Below, piece after piece: positions 10,042-21,240 of a stretch of DNA of 64,000 bases. Under the pieces are notes generated by a model, which saw nothing but the letters and a program-made list of their open reading frames with translations, was not told the origin of the DNA and ran no database searches. The stretch covers positions 64,001-128,000 of the forward strand of contig JAXGMI010000001.1 in assembly GCA_040768745.1 (NCBI GenBank), read 5' to 3'. Numbering within the stretch: position 1 is the stretch's first letter; each line of letters begins with the position of its first letter. Position numbers and translations under genes: made by a program. The stretch is from Desulfomicrobium sp. GTDB taxonomy: Bacteria; Desulfobacterota; Desulfovibrionia; Desulfovibrionales; Desulfomicrobiaceae.

Positions 10042-11064
10042 TCAGAGCACAACGCCCCAATTGTCCGAAGCGAGACGTGCCCCGGTGGAGGTGACCAGCA
10101 GGCAGGCATGACCAGAGAGGGAATTGGTCAAATGCAGCGCCTCCCGCGGGTGCATGAGGCTCAGGGCCGTGGCCAGGCCGTCGGCCTGCATGACTGTGGG
10201 AGCCTGCACGCTGACACTCTTGACGTAGGTGGGCGAAGCCCCTGTTTCGGGGTTGACCAGATGATGCGACTTCTTCTGCGGATCGAAAAAGACTTCGTAG
10301 CCGCCGGATGTGGCCACCGCTCCGGACCGCATGGCGATGACAGCGGGATAGTGGCCTTGCTTGTCCGGATCCTCGATGGCGATGCGCCATGGACTGCCCG
10401 AGCCTGTGGACGATCCCTGCACGCGGATGTCCCCGCCAGCGTCGACCATGAAATGTTCAATCCCAGCACCCTGCAGGACCTCGGCAGCGCGGTCGGCAAT
10501 GTACCCCTTGGCCACGCCGTCCAGTGTGGCAGCCATGCCAGAGAACCCGAAGCGCAGGGAGGATCCCTGCCGGGACAGCCGTCCGGCATCGACCAGGGCC
10601 AGGGCGTTACGCAGATCAGACGCATCAGGTCTGCCCTTGGTCCTCTCCAGCAGGTTGACCACGGGGGCGATGGTGACATCGAAGCGCCCCCCCGAGCTGT
10701 CATGCATCTGCCGACTGTAGTCCAGAACATCCAGAAGTTCCTGCGGGGAACCGCTCAACCGCCCCTGTTCATTCAGCACGGACAAGGCCGTGCCCGAATC
10801 AAACCGGCTCAGAATGGCGACCAGTCGATTGATCTCCTCATACGCCCGACCGATGCCCTCCTCGCCCTGGAGCCTCGATGGAGCCATGACCGACATACCC
10901 ACGATGGTACCCATGAGAATGCGCTGCTCCTCAGTCCGCACCAGGATGGTTCCGGCCTCAGCCGGAAGCACACGCAAGGCTGGAGCCATGACCGTTCCGG
11001 CAGCGAGGACAGCCACAGATTTCAGGAAAACCCGCCTGTTTTGATAGTTATTCCCATGCGTCAT
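10042..11064 (-). CDS. apbE: FAD:protein FMN transferase ApbE/RnfF (Tat signal)
   Basis: RRVFLK Tat motif; GRFDVTIAP, LDGVAKGY, DAGGDI, VATSGGYE, ADGLATAL. Confidence 0.9.
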   Translation of the reverse strand: MTHGNNYQNRRVFLKSVAVLAAGTVMAPALRVLPAEAGTILVRTEEQRILMGTIVGMSVMAPSRLQGEEGIGRAYEEINRLVAILSRFDSGTALSVLNEQGRLSGSPQELLDVLDYSRQMHDSSGGRFDVTIAPVVNLLERTKGRPDASDLRNALALVDAGRLSRQGSSLRFGFSGMAATLDGVAKGYIADRAAEVLQGAGIEHFMVDAGGDIRVQGSSTGSGSPWRIAIEDPDKQGHYPAVIAMRSGAVATSGGYEVFFDPQKKSHHLVNPETGASPTYVKSVSVQAPTVMQADGLATALSLMHPREALHLTNSLSGHACLLVTSTGARLASDNWGVVL

Positions 11065-11090
11065 ATTGAAACTCCCCTCAGTGGCGTGGT

Positions 11091-11972
11091 TTAGGCTTTC
11101 AAGTCCGCAACGTGCGATTCCTCAGGATACTTGGCTGGCTCTTTTTCGGGAGCCTCCGCGATATACTCGGGATTCAGGCAACGCAGGATGTTGCGCGGAC
11201 ATTTCTCCACACAGGCCTCGCCGCAGGACGGCCCATACGCCAGGCACGCCTTATGGTCGATGTGGATGCGCTCGTCCACCATGGTAATTGCCTGAGCCGG
11301 ACATTTCTTGATACACGCCCCGCAACTGATGCATCCCGCGTCGCAGACATCCTTCACAGCCTTGCCCTTGTCCTGGGACGAACAAAAAACCATGACCCGG
11401 GACCGGCGGGGAATGAGTTCAAGAATGGCATTGGGGCAGGTCCGCACGCATGTTCCGCAGCTTGTGCACTTCGCGGGTGCGATATGCACCAGACCGTTTT
11501 CAACCCACATGGCATCAAAGGGACAGGCCCGCACACAGTCACCAAAACCGAGGCACGAAAATTTGCACGTGTCAGGGCCATCCTGGATCAGCTTGGCCGC
11601 TGCGCAACTCTTGATCCCGAAGTATTCGAACTTCTTGGCCACATTGCCTTCGACTTTGACGCAACGGCGAAAGGCTACCATGGGATCCGCGGCACCCGCG
11701 GCCTTGCCCGTCAGCTCCGCCACTCTGGCGGCCACATCCGGACCACCAGCGCAGCATTTGTTCGGTGCAACATTAGGATCATTGATAACGGCAGCGGCGT
11801 ACGATTCGCACCCGGCGAAGCCACAACCACCACAGTTCGCCCCAGGCAATGCCTCAGCCACCACTTCAATGCGCGGATCCTCTTCGACGGCAAGGAATTT
11901 GGAGGCAACGGAAAGGATGCCGGCCGACACAAACCCCAGGCCAAACAAGGAAAGAACAGACTCTGTGATCAT
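11091..11972 (-). CDS. rnfB: Rnf complex subunit B
   Basis: LPGANCGGCGFAGC and several CxxCxxCxxxCP ferredoxin motifs. Confidence 0.93.
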   Translation of the reverse strand: MITESVLSLFGLGFVSAGILSVASKFLAVEEDPRIEVVAEALPGANCGGCGFAGCESYAAAVINDPNVAPNKCCAGGPDVAARVAELTGKAAGAADPMVAFRRCVKVEGNVAKKFEYFGIKSCAAAKLIQDGPDTCKFSCLGFGDCVRACPFDAMWVENGLVHIAPAKCTSCGTCVRTCPNAILELIPRRSRVMVFCSSQDKGKAVKDVCDAGCISCGACIKKCPAQAITMVDERIHIDHKACLAYGPSCGEACVEKCPRNILRCLNPEYIAEAPEKEPAKYPEESHVADLKA

Positions 11973-11988
11973 AAATATCTCCGTTCTC

Positions 11989-12564
11989 TTAGGCTATCAT
12001 ACCTTTGAACGCCATAAAGGCCAGGGACATGATTCCGGCCATGATAAGGCCACTTGGTACTCCCTTCATGGACCGGGGAATACGCGTGATTTCAAACCGC
12101 TCACGAATGCCGGCCATGAGAATGATCGCAAGAAGAAACCCCAGTGAGGCAGCTAAGGCGTACAAGGTGGAGGTCAACAAATCGAATTCTTTGCGCTGCA
12201 CCAGGATGGCCACACCAAGGACCGCGCAGTTGGTGGTGATCAGCGGCAGAAAGATACCCAAGGACTTGTAAAGAGGCGGCACCATTTTTTTCAGGAACAT
12301 TTCCACGAACTGGACCAGGGCGGCAATGACAAGAATAAAGACAATGGTCTGTAAATATTCGAGATGAAGAACATTGAGAACGTACTTCTGGATCAGGAAG
12401 CATATGACTGTGGCCAGAACGATGACAAAGAGAACCGCCGCGCCCATGCCAAAGGCAACACCTTTCTCCTTGGAACAGCCCAGATAGGGACAGTTTCCCA
12501 AGTATTGAGCAAGGAGAATGTTGTTGACGAAGATAGCCGAGATGAAAAGGAGGAAAATATCCAT
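11989..12564 (-). CDS. rnfA: Rnf complex subunit A
   Basis: NNILLAQYLGNCP, LGIFLPLITTNCAVLG. Confidence 0.95.
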   Translation of the reverse strand: MDIFLLFISAIFVNNILLAQYLGNCPYLGCSKEKGVAFGMGAAVLFVIVLATVICFLIQKYVLNVLHLEYLQTIVFILVIAALVQFVEMFLKKMVPPLYKSLGIFLPLITTNCAVLGVAILVQRKEFDLLTSTLYALAASLGFLLAIILMAGIRERFEITRIPRSMKGVPSGLIMAGIMSLAFMAFKGMIA

Positions 12565-12580
12565 ACGCCATACTCCTTAA

Positions 12581-13300
12581 TTAGCCCTTGGATGGTTCCA
12601 GACGCTCCAGCTTCTGCTGGGCCGCAATCTTGTCCATCATCTTGCACGCGCCGCAGCCTGAACAACCTGCGTCGAAATTGGGATCCAGATCGACGCCTTT
12701 ACGCTTGGCCTGCCAGACGTTCAAAAAATTCATCCCCGCCAGGATCAGGCCCAAACAGACAAAGGCGCCGGGGGCCTGGACCATGAAGGTGAATGGATGA
12801 AAGTCGGGACCGAACAGGGGGACTCCGAACAAGGTTCCCGACCCAAAGGATTCGCGGATGGCCCCCAGAAAAGTCAGGGAGATGGTAAAACCGATGCCCA
12901 TGCCCAATCCGTCAGCCAGGGATGCGAGAGGAGGATTCTTCCCGGCAAAGGCCTCGGCCCGGCCCAGGATGATGCAGTTGACAACGATGAGCGGAACGAA
13001 AATTCCAAGCTGCTCATACAGGGGATAGGCAAACGCCTGCATGAGCATTTCCACAGCCACAACCAGGGAGGCGGCAATGGCGATGAAGCAGGCGATACGG
13101 ACCTTCTTGGGAATGATATTACGCACCAGGGAAATGATCACATTGGACAGGGCGAGGACAAAAATAACCGCCGCACCCATGCCAAGACCGTTATTGGCGG
13201 TGTTGCTGACCGCCAGGGTGGGACACAGACCCAATACCAGACGGAAGGGCGGAATTTCCTTCCACAGTCCTTTGGTAAATTCTTGCACCAAGCTGGCCAT
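12581..13300 (-). CDS. rnfE: Rnf complex subunit E
   Basis: LGLCPTLAVS, LGIFVPLIVVNCIILGRAEAFA; start MASLVQEF after GGAG. Confidence 0.95.
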   Translation of the reverse strand: MASLVQEFTKGLWKEIPPFRLVLGLCPTLAVSNTANNGLGMGAAVIFVLALSNVIISLVRNIIPKKVRIACFIAIAASLVVAVEMLMQAFAYPLYEQLGIFVPLIVVNCIILGRAEAFAGKNPPLASLADGLGMGIGFTISLTFLGAIRESFGSGTLFGVPLFGPDFHPFTFMVQAPGAFVCLGLILAGMNFLNVWQAKRKGVDLDPNFDAGCSGCGACKMMDKIAAQQKLERLEPSKG

Positions 13301-13326
13301 TTCTTTCTCCTTGAAAGAATCTTCTG

Positions 13327-13908
13327 TTACCAGGAAGTTTTGATGGAGTCTTTGAGGGTTGAATACCACCCAGCGGTTTTCTTGACCGCCTCGGCGGCCC
13401 CGATCGACGAGAAGGTTGCCCCTGAAATGGCGTCAATCCCTCCTCCGTCCTTCTTCAGAGCGGCCTTTTCCAGCGCCATCCCCTTGAATTGCTTGGTGAA
13501 TGCAGGCTCACCGATTCTGGATCCAATACCCGGGGTTTCCTTGTGGGTTGTGATGCTGATTCCGAGCAGTGCGTCCTTGACCACATCGAAGCCAACCAGA
13601 ACATTAACGTCCCCGCCATAACCCTTTCCACCCGCCTCCATGGCCACGGCCAACAGCTTGCCGTCCTTGATGGACGGAAAAACTACGACTGACTCCCCTT
13701 CGCTGCCCGGCTTGGGCATGGCCTTGCGGTCGACAATCGGATCGTTGGTCCCTTGCAGAAAAATCTGTTTCAGAGCAGGCCCTTGCACATTCTTGAGGAT
13801 CTGCTCTTCGATGATGGGGGTGGTCCAGACTTTGAGACCGGAGAGTACAAAACCCGAAAGGCCGGTGATCGCGGAAAGCACAACGATCATGCGAATAATT
13901 TCCATCAT
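13327..13908 (-). CDS. rnfG: Rnf complex subunit G
   Basis: GYGG, ETPGIGS, FMN-binding DAISGATFSS. Confidence 0.94.
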   Translation of the reverse strand: MMEIIRMIVVLSAITGLSGFVLSGLKVWTTPIIEEQILKNVQGPALKQIFLQGTNDPIVDRKAMPKPGSEGESVVVFPSIKDGKLLAVAMEAGGKGYGGDVNVLVGFDVVKDALLGISITTHKETPGIGSRIGEPAFTKQFKGMALEKAALKKDGGGIDAISGATFSSIGAAEAVKKTAGWYSTLKDSIKTSW

Positions 13909-13913
13909 GGCGC

Positions 13914-14870
13914 CTACCTCCCCCCAAAGGGCTTGGGTTGAATGAGGTCAATCAGGGGAGTGCACAGATTGAGCAAAAGAACGGCGAAAGGCGCGCCATC
14001 AGGATACACGCCATAGGTCCGGATAATGATCATCAGCGCCCCGCCCAACAATCCATAGATCAGCATGGGTACCCGCCAGACAGGTGAAGAGGAGGAATAT
14101 GGCATGAGAAAGAATGCCGCCATAAGGGTGCTGCCTGACAGGAGGTGAAACACGGGAGAAGCGTAAAGCTGCGGATCAATGAGATTGTAGAGCAGCGCGG
14201 TGAGAAACACGCCTACCAGGAAGGACACGGGGATGAACCAGCGCAATTGCCCACGGCCGAGCAGATACAAGCCGCCGATCAGAATCATCAGGCCCTGCGA
14301 GGCACCCAGTGCCCCGAGATTTTCACCCAGAAGCAAGCTCACGGGTTTGATATCGGCAATGGCCGCAGTGCCGAAGTATTTCAGTTCGCTCAAGGGTTCC
14401 ACGAGATCCCAGTTCAGGAGCATCCCGTTCAGATCCATGAAATCAGGCCAGGAAATGGACAAAACCGCCCATCCCACAGCAGGAGCGCAGACCGGACTCC
14501 CACCGTATCCCCCGAACACCATGCGCCCAAGGATGATGGTGAGCGCCGCCCCAACAATCACCATCCACCAGGGGGCTGTGGCTGGAAGCAGAAAGGCGAA
14601 CAGAAGGCCGTCCACCAGGGCGCTGAAGTCGTCCGAGGTCGGGGCCTGGTCCATGAGCTTCTGAACTGCAGCTTCCGTGATGACTGCCGCAAGACCTGCC
14701 CAGGCCATGACTTCCACAGCGTCGTACCCGAAGCGGTACACGGCCATGGCCGCAGCCGGCAAAAGAGCCAGCAAGGTATGAAGCATGGTCTTTTGAAGCG
14801 TCTTCCCGCAATGCCAAAGCGGAGCCGAGGTCACTGTGTACATGCTTTTCGAGATTTCCTGGCTTGCCAT
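13914..14870 (-). CDS. rnfD: Rnf complex subunit D
   Basis: Multi-TM; IIRTYGVYPDGAPFAVLLLN..PLID; operon position. Confidence 0.9.
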   Translation of the reverse strand: MASQEISKSMYTVTSAPLWHCGKTLQKTMLHTLLALLPAAAMAVYRFGYDAVEVMAWAGLAAVITEAAVQKLMDQAPTSDDFSALVDGLLFAFLLPATAPWWMVIVGAALTIILGRMVFGGYGGSPVCAPAVGWAVLSISWPDFMDLNGMLLNWDLVEPLSELKYFGTAAIADIKPVSLLLGENLGALGASQGLMILIGGLYLLGRGQLRWFIPVSFLVGVFLTALLYNLIDPQLYASPVFHLLSGSTLMAAFFLMPYSSSSPVWRVPMLIYGLLGGALMIIIRTYGVYPDGAPFAVLLLNLCTPLIDLIQPKPFGGR

Positions 14871-14925
14871 GTGCTGTTATCCTTCCTTGTTCGAGACTAA
14901 TTGATGAAGAACGATGCGGAAAGCA

Positions 14926-16122
14926 TCAGCTCTGCAATCTGCAAGAAGCCGTGAATTCATCCTGCGCAGCCAGATGTTGCTTGGCCAGCTTCAGGAATTG
15001 CATCACCGGACGGTTTACTGGGCATACGAATGTGCACATGCCGCATTCCATGCAGGCATCGACATGCCTGGAGCGGGTGGCTTCAAATAAAGTAAACTCG
15101 GCGTAACGAGAAAGCATTCCGGGCTGAACGCGAGCCGGGCATGCCAGCACACATTCACCGCAGTTGATGCAGGGATTGGGCTGAACTTCAGGGAACTGAT
15201 CTGCAGGTACGAGGGTTATGGCGGTGCAATTCTCAGGTATCCCGACAGTCAGATCACAGATCGCCTCTCCGCGCATGGGGCCATCCAGTGCGATTTTCCA
15301 ATCTGCGCCGTATGGGACGCCCGCCACGTTCAAGAGATCCTGCACCGGCGTACCGGTCAACACCCGATATACCGATTCTCCAACCCCGACGACCGCATCC
15401 AGCAAAGGCAGCTTGGTCTCGCCAACCCTGCCAACACGGTACAGGTCAGAGACGGAAATGATGTCCACGTTGTCGGGCCGCTCGACCCCTGTTGCGGTCA
15501 AGACCACAAGCGGGTCGATGGTCGCCGGATAGACATCGCTGGCATGCACGGTGGTACAGCCATACAAGGTGATATTTTTGCCTTCTGCCACCACGATCTT
15601 GACTGTCCCAGGCTTTACAGCCCGCTCCAGAATCCGCACTCCCACTTCTAGTGTCTTTTGGGCATCCTTGAGCAGCTGTTCGCTGACAACCACGCCTGGT
15701 TCCGGGTTCAAGCCATTGATAATCAATGTACGCGATGGATGAAATTTGTTCGTATCAATACCCAGCTCCAGCAGTTTGCGACACAGATCCTCTCCGCTCA
15801 GGCTGTCGAGTTCCGCACACGGTTCGGGTCGCACTGGCATCTGTGGATCTTCGCCTTCCTTGGGCGCAGGAAGAGGACCGACGACAATGGCGTTGGGGAG
15901 AATATCTTCCACCATCCCGTCGATGGTCGCGTGAACATACCCGGTGCAGAATGCACTGATGCACTTGGTTTCCGCGACTACCTGCCCGCGGCCCACGATC
16001 TGCTTCTTCTTGACCACGGGCTTCTGGTTTTTCTGGATCGGAATACGCACCAATGCGGGCACCGGTGCATCCTGCAAAGTCCCTTTGAGTTCGACCGAAG
16101 TTTTCAGACTAGTTTTCATCAT
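14926..16122 (-). CDS. rnfC: Rnf complex subunit C-like
   Basis: VHATIDGMV, GPMRG, CINCGECVLACP, CMECGMCTFVCP. Confidence 0.85.
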   Translation of the reverse strand: MMKTSLKTSVELKGTLQDAPVPALVRIPIQKNQKPVVKKKQIVGRGQVVAETKCISAFCTGYVHATIDGMVEDILPNAIVVGPLPAPKEGEDPQMPVRPEPCAELDSLSGEDLCRKLLELGIDTNKFHPSRTLIINGLNPEPGVVVSEQLLKDAQKTLEVGVRILERAVKPGTVKIVVAEGKNITLYGCTTVHASDVYPATIDPLVVLTATGVERPDNVDIISVSDLYRVGRVGETKLPLLDAVVGVGESVYRVLTGTPVQDLLNVAGVPYGADWKIALDGPMRGEAICDLTVGIPENCTAITLVPADQFPEVQPNPCINCGECVLACPARVQPGMLSRYAEFTLFEATRSRHVDACMECGMCTFVCPVNRPVMQFLKLAKQHLAAQDEFTASCRLQS

Positions 16123-16129
16123 GATGGTC

Positions 16130-16879
16130 TCACCTCGTGTGACAGCGTTTGCAGGATTTTTCGCCGAAAGGCCCTTTCCCGGCCTGTTCGTGACACGTCA
16201 TGCATTGGTCGTGGAACGAGTCCATACGGTGCGGCAAGGGGGTCGCATCCGTATCGAAGTGGCAGGAATTGCACGCAGGCTGCTCGCCGGCACCTTTGCC
16301 GGGAAGAAGCTGGTGGCACTCCTTGCAGCCTTCCAATTTCTTGTCATACATCTCGGCGTGACAGTTCTGGCACTTGTTGTGCACAGCATCTCGCAGGGCC
16401 AGGGTGTTCCCCTCGGCCTTCTCGCCATGACATTGATTGCACGCACCCGGCTCGGCCTCGATGTCCGTACCATGGTGGCAGTCCGTGCAGGCTGAAGCAT
16501 ACTGATCGATGTGGTCCTGATGACTCCAGGTCAGCTTGCCCAGCTCCGCGTGATGGCAGTTGATACAGGTTTCCGCAGGCAGGTTTTTCTGATGGTCCGC
16601 AGAAAACTTCGCGTCGAATTCGGTTGCGTGACATGAACCGCAGGGAACGGGGTTCAGGTTCGGCTTCTCGCTTTCATGATGGCATTTGACGCAGTCTCCG
16701 CCGTCTTTCTTGACGTATTCCACGTGACGGGAATGTGTGAAGACTACATCACCGCCCTTATTGTCCAGTCGAAGACGTACAGGCAGTTGCTCAGATGGTG
16801 CCGGCGCGAATAGCCCGCCGATGGCCAGAATCGCCAACATACCACAGACGATGATGATGGAAACGTAACGATTTTTCAA
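16130..16879 (-). CDS. dhcA: Decaheme cytochrome c (c3 family) DhcA
   Basis: Ten CxxCH motifs counted; N-terminal hydrophobic anchor; heads the rnf operon as in Desulfovibrio. Confidence 0.88.
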   Translation of the reverse strand: MKNRYVSIIIVCGMLAILAIGGLFAPAPSEQLPVRLRLDNKGGDVVFTHSRHVEYVKKDGGDCVKCHHESEKPNLNPVPCGSCHATEFDAKFSADHQKNLPAETCINCHHAELGKLTWSHQDHIDQYASACTDCHHGTDIEAEPGACNQCHGEKAEGNTLALRDAVHNKCQNCHAEMYDKKLEGCKECHQLLPGKGAGEQPACNSCHFDTDATPLPHRMDSFHDQCMTCHEQAGKGPFGEKSCKRCHTR

Positions 16880-17372
16880 GGCAGTGTCCTTGTGCTACGG
16901 TTAGACGCAACTACAGACAAGACGCTTGCATCAAGCGCCTATTACCAAAAGAATAGATCATGGCGTTCAGCCTTTTCCAATCTAAAAAAGCCTTTCGGAG
17001 TCCCTATTCAATTATCGATTTTTTGTAAACCCAAATCTGGAACGATTTGAAAACTCAACCAGTTTGCTCTGAATTATTGCAGGATATGACGGCATGCACC
17101 CCCTACCCAGACCCCAAGTGTCACATGCGCAAATCACTGAAAACACAATCTTGTCCAAAACGAACCAGATGCGCAGCGCGTCGCCCTGTTCGATGTCTGG
17201 TCCCCGACCATGGCCCTTCGGCAGCCGCGCCACACCTGCAAAACACAATCATACTGAGATGACCCGAACGAAAATTTTCCGGGATTGGCGGCAACGCATA
17301 GCAAACCGGGCGCACGGATACTCAAAAGCCCGGAAGCTTGCGCCACCGGGCTTTTCTGTTATTGTGCGCCGT

Positions 17373-17750
17373 TTATTTCGAGTCATGCAGGTCCTGGCCG
17401 ATCTCCTGCAGCAGGGTACGTATGACAGACAGCTTGTCCCGATGCCGGCCACCCAGGCGCTGCTCCAGATCGTCGGCGGCATGGGCCATGGACCTGACCT
17501 GGTTCTCCATGGTCATGACCGTGGTCTTGCGCGGAAGGGTGTTCAGCTCGGTGACCTTGCTGTCCAGCATGGTGTGCCGGGATTCAAGCATCAACACTGC
17601 GCTGTTCAGGCTCTTGAGCTCCTCGATTTCCTGGCCCAACCCGGCGACGTTCTGGTGCAACCCGTAGAAAAAAACGAGGAGCAGAAGCAGGGTGCAGACC
17701 GCAAGACCCACGGCAAGTCTGTCCCGACTGAACACTTCTTTGGAAATCAT
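17373..17750 (-). CDS. Hypothetical membrane-anchored coiled-coil protein
   Basis: N-terminal TM then heptad-like helix; RBS AGGAG before MISKEV. Confidence 0.65.
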   Translation of the reverse strand: MISKEVFSRDRLAVGLAVCTLLLLLVFFYGLHQNVAGLGQEIEELKSLNSAVLMLESRHTMLDSKVTELNTLPRKTTVMTMENQVRSMAHAADDLEQRLGGRHRDKLSVIRTLLQEIGQDLHDSK

Positions 17751-17813
17751 ACGTTCTCCTGCGGAAAATGCCCTGCAATTTGTACTGGAAAAACAGTGCG
17801 GACTCAAGCCTCC

Positions 17814-19187
17814 CTAGTTTATGAGCGCCTGCAGCGGGGCGGGGATGGATCCACCCCGGCTGACAAAGCCCCCGGACACACCGTTGCTGCGCACGGACAT
17901 GATCTCCGCCTCGCCCAGGAGACCGCCGAAAAAGACCTTGTCCCCTGCCTTTTTGCCCGGCACCGGGATGAGGCGGGCTGCTGTGGTCTTCTTGTTGATC
18001 ATCCCGATGGCCATTTCGTCGGCGATGATCCCGGACAAGGTTTCCGCCGTGGTCTCTCCTGGCAGGGCGACCATGTCCAGACCCACGGAACAGACAGCGG
18101 TCATGGCTTCGAGCTTTTCGAGGCAGAGTTGGCCGCCGGAAACGGCGGCAGCGATATTGAGGTCCTCGCTGACCGGGATGAATGCGCCGCTCAGACCTCC
18201 GACCCGTGAACTGGCAAAGGCTCCCCCTTTTTTGACCGCGTCGTTGATCATGGCCAGGGCGGCGGTGGACCCTGGCACGCCGATGGCCCCAAGGCCCAGG
18301 GATTGGAAGATCTCGCCTACGCTGTCGCCGACATGGGGGGTCGGGGCCAGGGACAGATCCACGATGCCGAATTCAACACCCAGGAGCCTGGCCACCTCGC
18401 GCCCGATGATCTCCCCCACGCGGGTGACCTTGAATGCCGTGCGCTTGATGACTTCCGAAAGTTCACCCAGATGGGCGCCGGGATTGTCCAACAGGGCGCG
18501 ATCCAGGGCTTTTTTGACCACTCCGGGACCGCTGACCCCGACATTGATGACCGAACTGGCCTCGCCCACGCCCAGGTAGGCGCCGGCCATGAACGGCACA
18601 TCCTCGGGGATGTTGGCGAAGACGACCAGCTTGGCACATCCCAGCCCGTCGCGGTCCCTGGTGCGTTCGGCTGTTGCCTTGATGGTCCGGCCCATGAGGG
18701 CCACGGCATCCATGTTGATACCGGCCCTGGTTGTGGCCACGTTGACGGACGAGCACAGACGTTGGGTCACGTCCAGGGCTTCCGGAATGGCATCGATGAG
18801 GGCCAGATCCCCCTTGGCCATGCCCTTTTCAACCAGGGCTCCGAATCCACCTATGAAATCGACCTTCACGTCGCTGGCGGCCTGATCCAGAGTCTTGGCC
18901 ACCTCGACCATGCCTCGGCTGCCAAAAGGCGCCGCAGCCACGGCAATGGGGCTGACCGAAATGCGCTTGTTCACCACGGGAATCCCGAAACGGTCCCCTA
19001 CCTCGTCGCACACCGTGACAAGATCCTTGGCCAGAACCGTGATGCGCTTGTAAACAGTGTCGATGAAACGGGACAGGTCATGGGATGCGCAATCCAGGAG
19101 GCTGATGCCCAGGGTCACGGTGCGCACGTCCAGATTCTCGTTCTTGATCATGGACAGGGTGGAAAGAACCTCGCGGTCGTTCAACAT
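17814..19187 (-). CDS. DUF711/UPF0210 (PFL-like) family protein
   Basis: LDVRTVTLGISLLDC, FMAGAYLG, SGPGVV, GGLSGAFIPVSED, CSVGLDM. Confidence 0.9.
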   Translation of the reverse strand: MLNDREVLSTLSMIKNENLDVRTVTLGISLLDCASHDLSRFIDTVYKRITVLAKDLVTVCDEVGDRFGIPVVNKRISVSPIAVAAAPFGSRGMVEVAKTLDQAASDVKVDFIGGFGALVEKGMAKGDLALIDAIPEALDVTQRLCSSVNVATTRAGINMDAVALMGRTIKATAERTRDRDGLGCAKLVVFANIPEDVPFMAGAYLGVGEASSVINVGVSGPGVVKKALDRALLDNPGAHLGELSEVIKRTAFKVTRVGEIIGREVARLLGVEFGIVDLSLAPTPHVGDSVGEIFQSLGLGAIGVPGSTAALAMINDAVKKGGAFASSRVGGLSGAFIPVSEDLNIAAAVSGGQLCLEKLEAMTAVCSVGLDMVALPGETTAETLSGIIADEMAIGMINKKTTAARLIPVPGKKAGDKVFFGGLLGEAEIMSVRSNGVSGGFVSRGGSIPAPLQALIN

Positions 19188-19197
19188 GCCGGTGCTC

Positions 19198-19749
19198 CTA
19201 AATGCGATGAAGAGTTTCAAAGATGTCGCGATGCTGGACCGAGGAATCCAACCCGTGCGCAACGCAGGCACCGCCGACGATCTGGCGCAGCCGGCGGTGT
19301 TCCACGCCCATGGGCACATCGACCTCGAATATCATGATCATCTCGTCCACTCCCGACTCCTGGGTGATAATGGCCCGGAAATTTGTCACGTTGCACTCCA
19401 GGGAAGCGATGGCCGTCGTCACGGCGGCAATGGTGCCGGGCTTGTCCACCCCCCTGGTGGTGATCACAAAAGGCTGGGTCGTCACTGCCGTGGGGCTGGC
19501 CTGGGCGGTCATGGGCCGCAGGTGGGCACTCAGTTGCAGAGAACCCAAGGCCTGGTTCAAGGCCTGTCCGATTTCCTGCAGAGGATGTGCTTTGGGGTTG
19601 GTTACAATAAAAATCGAGGCGAATTCCGTCTGCAGGATGGTCTGACTGACGTCTTCGATATTGCATCCATACCTGAACAGAATGCTCGATATTTTGGCCA
19701 GGATGCCCGGCTTGTCCTGGCCGATGACCGACAGCACAAACTTTGTCAT
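19198..19749 (-). CDS. Tandem ACT-domain protein (GcvR-like)
   Basis: [12 protein letters not shown] and [13 protein letters not shown] motifs; usual partner of DUF711. Confidence 0.85.
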   Translation of the reverse strand: MTKFVLSVIGQDKPGILAKISSILFRYGCNIEDVSQTILQTEFASIFIVTNPKAHPLQEIGQALNQALGSLQLSAHLRPMTAQASPTAVTTQPFVITTRGVDKPGTIAAVTTAIASLECNVTNFRAIITQESGVDEMIMIFEVDVPMGVEHRRLRQIVGGACVAHGLDSSVQHRDIFETLHRI

Positions 19750-19895
19750 GCGCCCTCCGCGGTTCGAGAAAGTTCTGTTCTATTGCGTGGGGCGACGCGG
19801 TGCGTCAAGCCCCATCCCATGGTGGCCATTCGCGGAGAGATGAGCTAGGGAGGCTGCCCATCACAACATTTCATCATGTCAGCATCGAGGTCGCC

Positions 19896-21077
19896 ATGAC
19901 ACAGATAGGAACCCCCCTCTCCCCGGCAGCCACCAAGGTTCTCATGCTCGGCGCGGGCGAACTGGGCAAGGAAGTGGTCATTGCACTGCAACGCCTGGGC
20001 GTGGAGGTCGTGGCCGTGGACCGCTACCCCAATGCCCCGGCCATGCAGGTCGCCCATCGCGCACACGCTTTTTCCATGCTGGACGGACAGGCCCTGCGCC
20101 GGATCATCGAATCCGAAAAGCCGGACTTCATCGTCCCGGAAATTGAAGCCATCGCCACGGACACCCTGGTGGAGCTGGAAGCCGAGGGCTACACGGTCAT
20201 CCCCACGGCCCGGGCCGCGAAACTGACAATGAACCGCGAAGGCATCCGCCGCCTGGCCGCAGAGGAGCTGGGCTTGCGGACATCCGCCTACCGTTTTGCC
20301 GAAAGCTTCGAGCAGTATCTGGCCGCCATCGCAGCACTGGGCACGCCATGTGTGGTCAAGCCCATCATGAGTTCCTCCGGAAAGGGGCAGTCCGTGGTCA
20401 GGACTGCTGCAGACGCAGAAAAATCCTGGACATACGCCCAGGAAGGCGGACGGACAGGCAAAGGCAAGGTCATTGTCGAGGGGTTTGTCGACTTCGACTA
20501 CGAAATCACCCTGCTCACGGTCCGTCACACCGGGGGAACCACCTTTTGCGCTCCCATCGGCCACTACCAGAAGGACGGTGACTACCAACAGTCCTGGCAG
20601 CCCCAGCCCATGAGCGAGACCGCCTTGAGCGAGGCCCGGCGCGTGGCCGGGGCCATCACGGAAGCCCTGGGCGGACGAGGCATCTTCGGGGTGGAGCTTT
20701 TCGTCAAGGGCGATACGGTATATTTCAGCGAGGTCTCTCCCCGCCCCCACGACACGGGGCTGGTGACCCTCATCTCCCAGGATCTTTCGGAATTCGACCT
20801 GCACGCCCGGGCCATCCTCGGCCTTCCCGTGCCCGCTATCCGCCAGCACGGACCATCGGCCTCCAGCGTCATCCTGGTGCAAGGCACATCCGACCGGGTT
20901 GTTTTCGGCAACCTGGAAACGGCCCTGGCCGAGCCAGACACGGATCTGCGCCTGTTCGGCAAGCCGGAAGTCTCGGGCAAACGGCGCATGGGCGTGGCCC
21001 TGGCCCGGGATGAAAACGTGGACAAGGCCCTGGACAAGGCAATACGCGCATCGGCCGCGGTCAAAGTCACGCTCTGA
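19896..21077 (+). CDS. purT: Formate-dependent GAR formyltransferase
   Basis: [44 protein letters not shown]. Confidence 0.96.
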   Translation: MTQIGTPLSPAATKVLMLGAGELGKEVVIALQRLGVEVVAVDRYPNAPAMQVAHRAHAFSMLDGQALRRIIESEKPDFIVPEIEAIATDTLVELEAEGYTVIPTARAAKLTMNREGIRRLAAEELGLRTSAYRFAESFEQYLAAIAALGTPCVVKPIMSSSGKGQSVVRTAADAEKSWTYAQEGGRTGKGKVIVEGFVDFDYEITLLTVRHTGGTTFCAPIGHYQKDGDYQQSWQPQPMSETALSEARRVAGAITEALGGRGIFGVELFVKGDTVYFSEVSPRPHDTGLVTLISQDLSEFDLHARAILGLPVPAIRQHGPSASSVILVQGTSDRVVFGNLETALAEPDTDLRLFGKPEVSGKRRMGVALARDENVDKALDKAIRASAAVKVTL

Positions 21078-21240
21078 TCAGAGATACGGTCAAGGATTCT
21101 CTTGTGTTCTGGGCAGGCCTGCACTAGAGGTCTTCGGTCCAGGCGATATCGCCGCAATCCACTCCGGCAGGTCCCGCTGCAAACAAAGGCCCTGGCCTTT
21201 TCGCGACCGGATCTCTGCCTTTTTCCGCCAAGGAGCAACC

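Noticed and set aside
16880..17120. Rex operator upstream of dhcA-rnf
   Set aside because: No convincing TTGTGAA-N4-TTCACAA palindrome seen.
19780..19880. Possible ZTP (pfl) riboswitch upstream of purT
   Set aside because: Conserved GACUGGCG and CGCCUGGGC elements not found.
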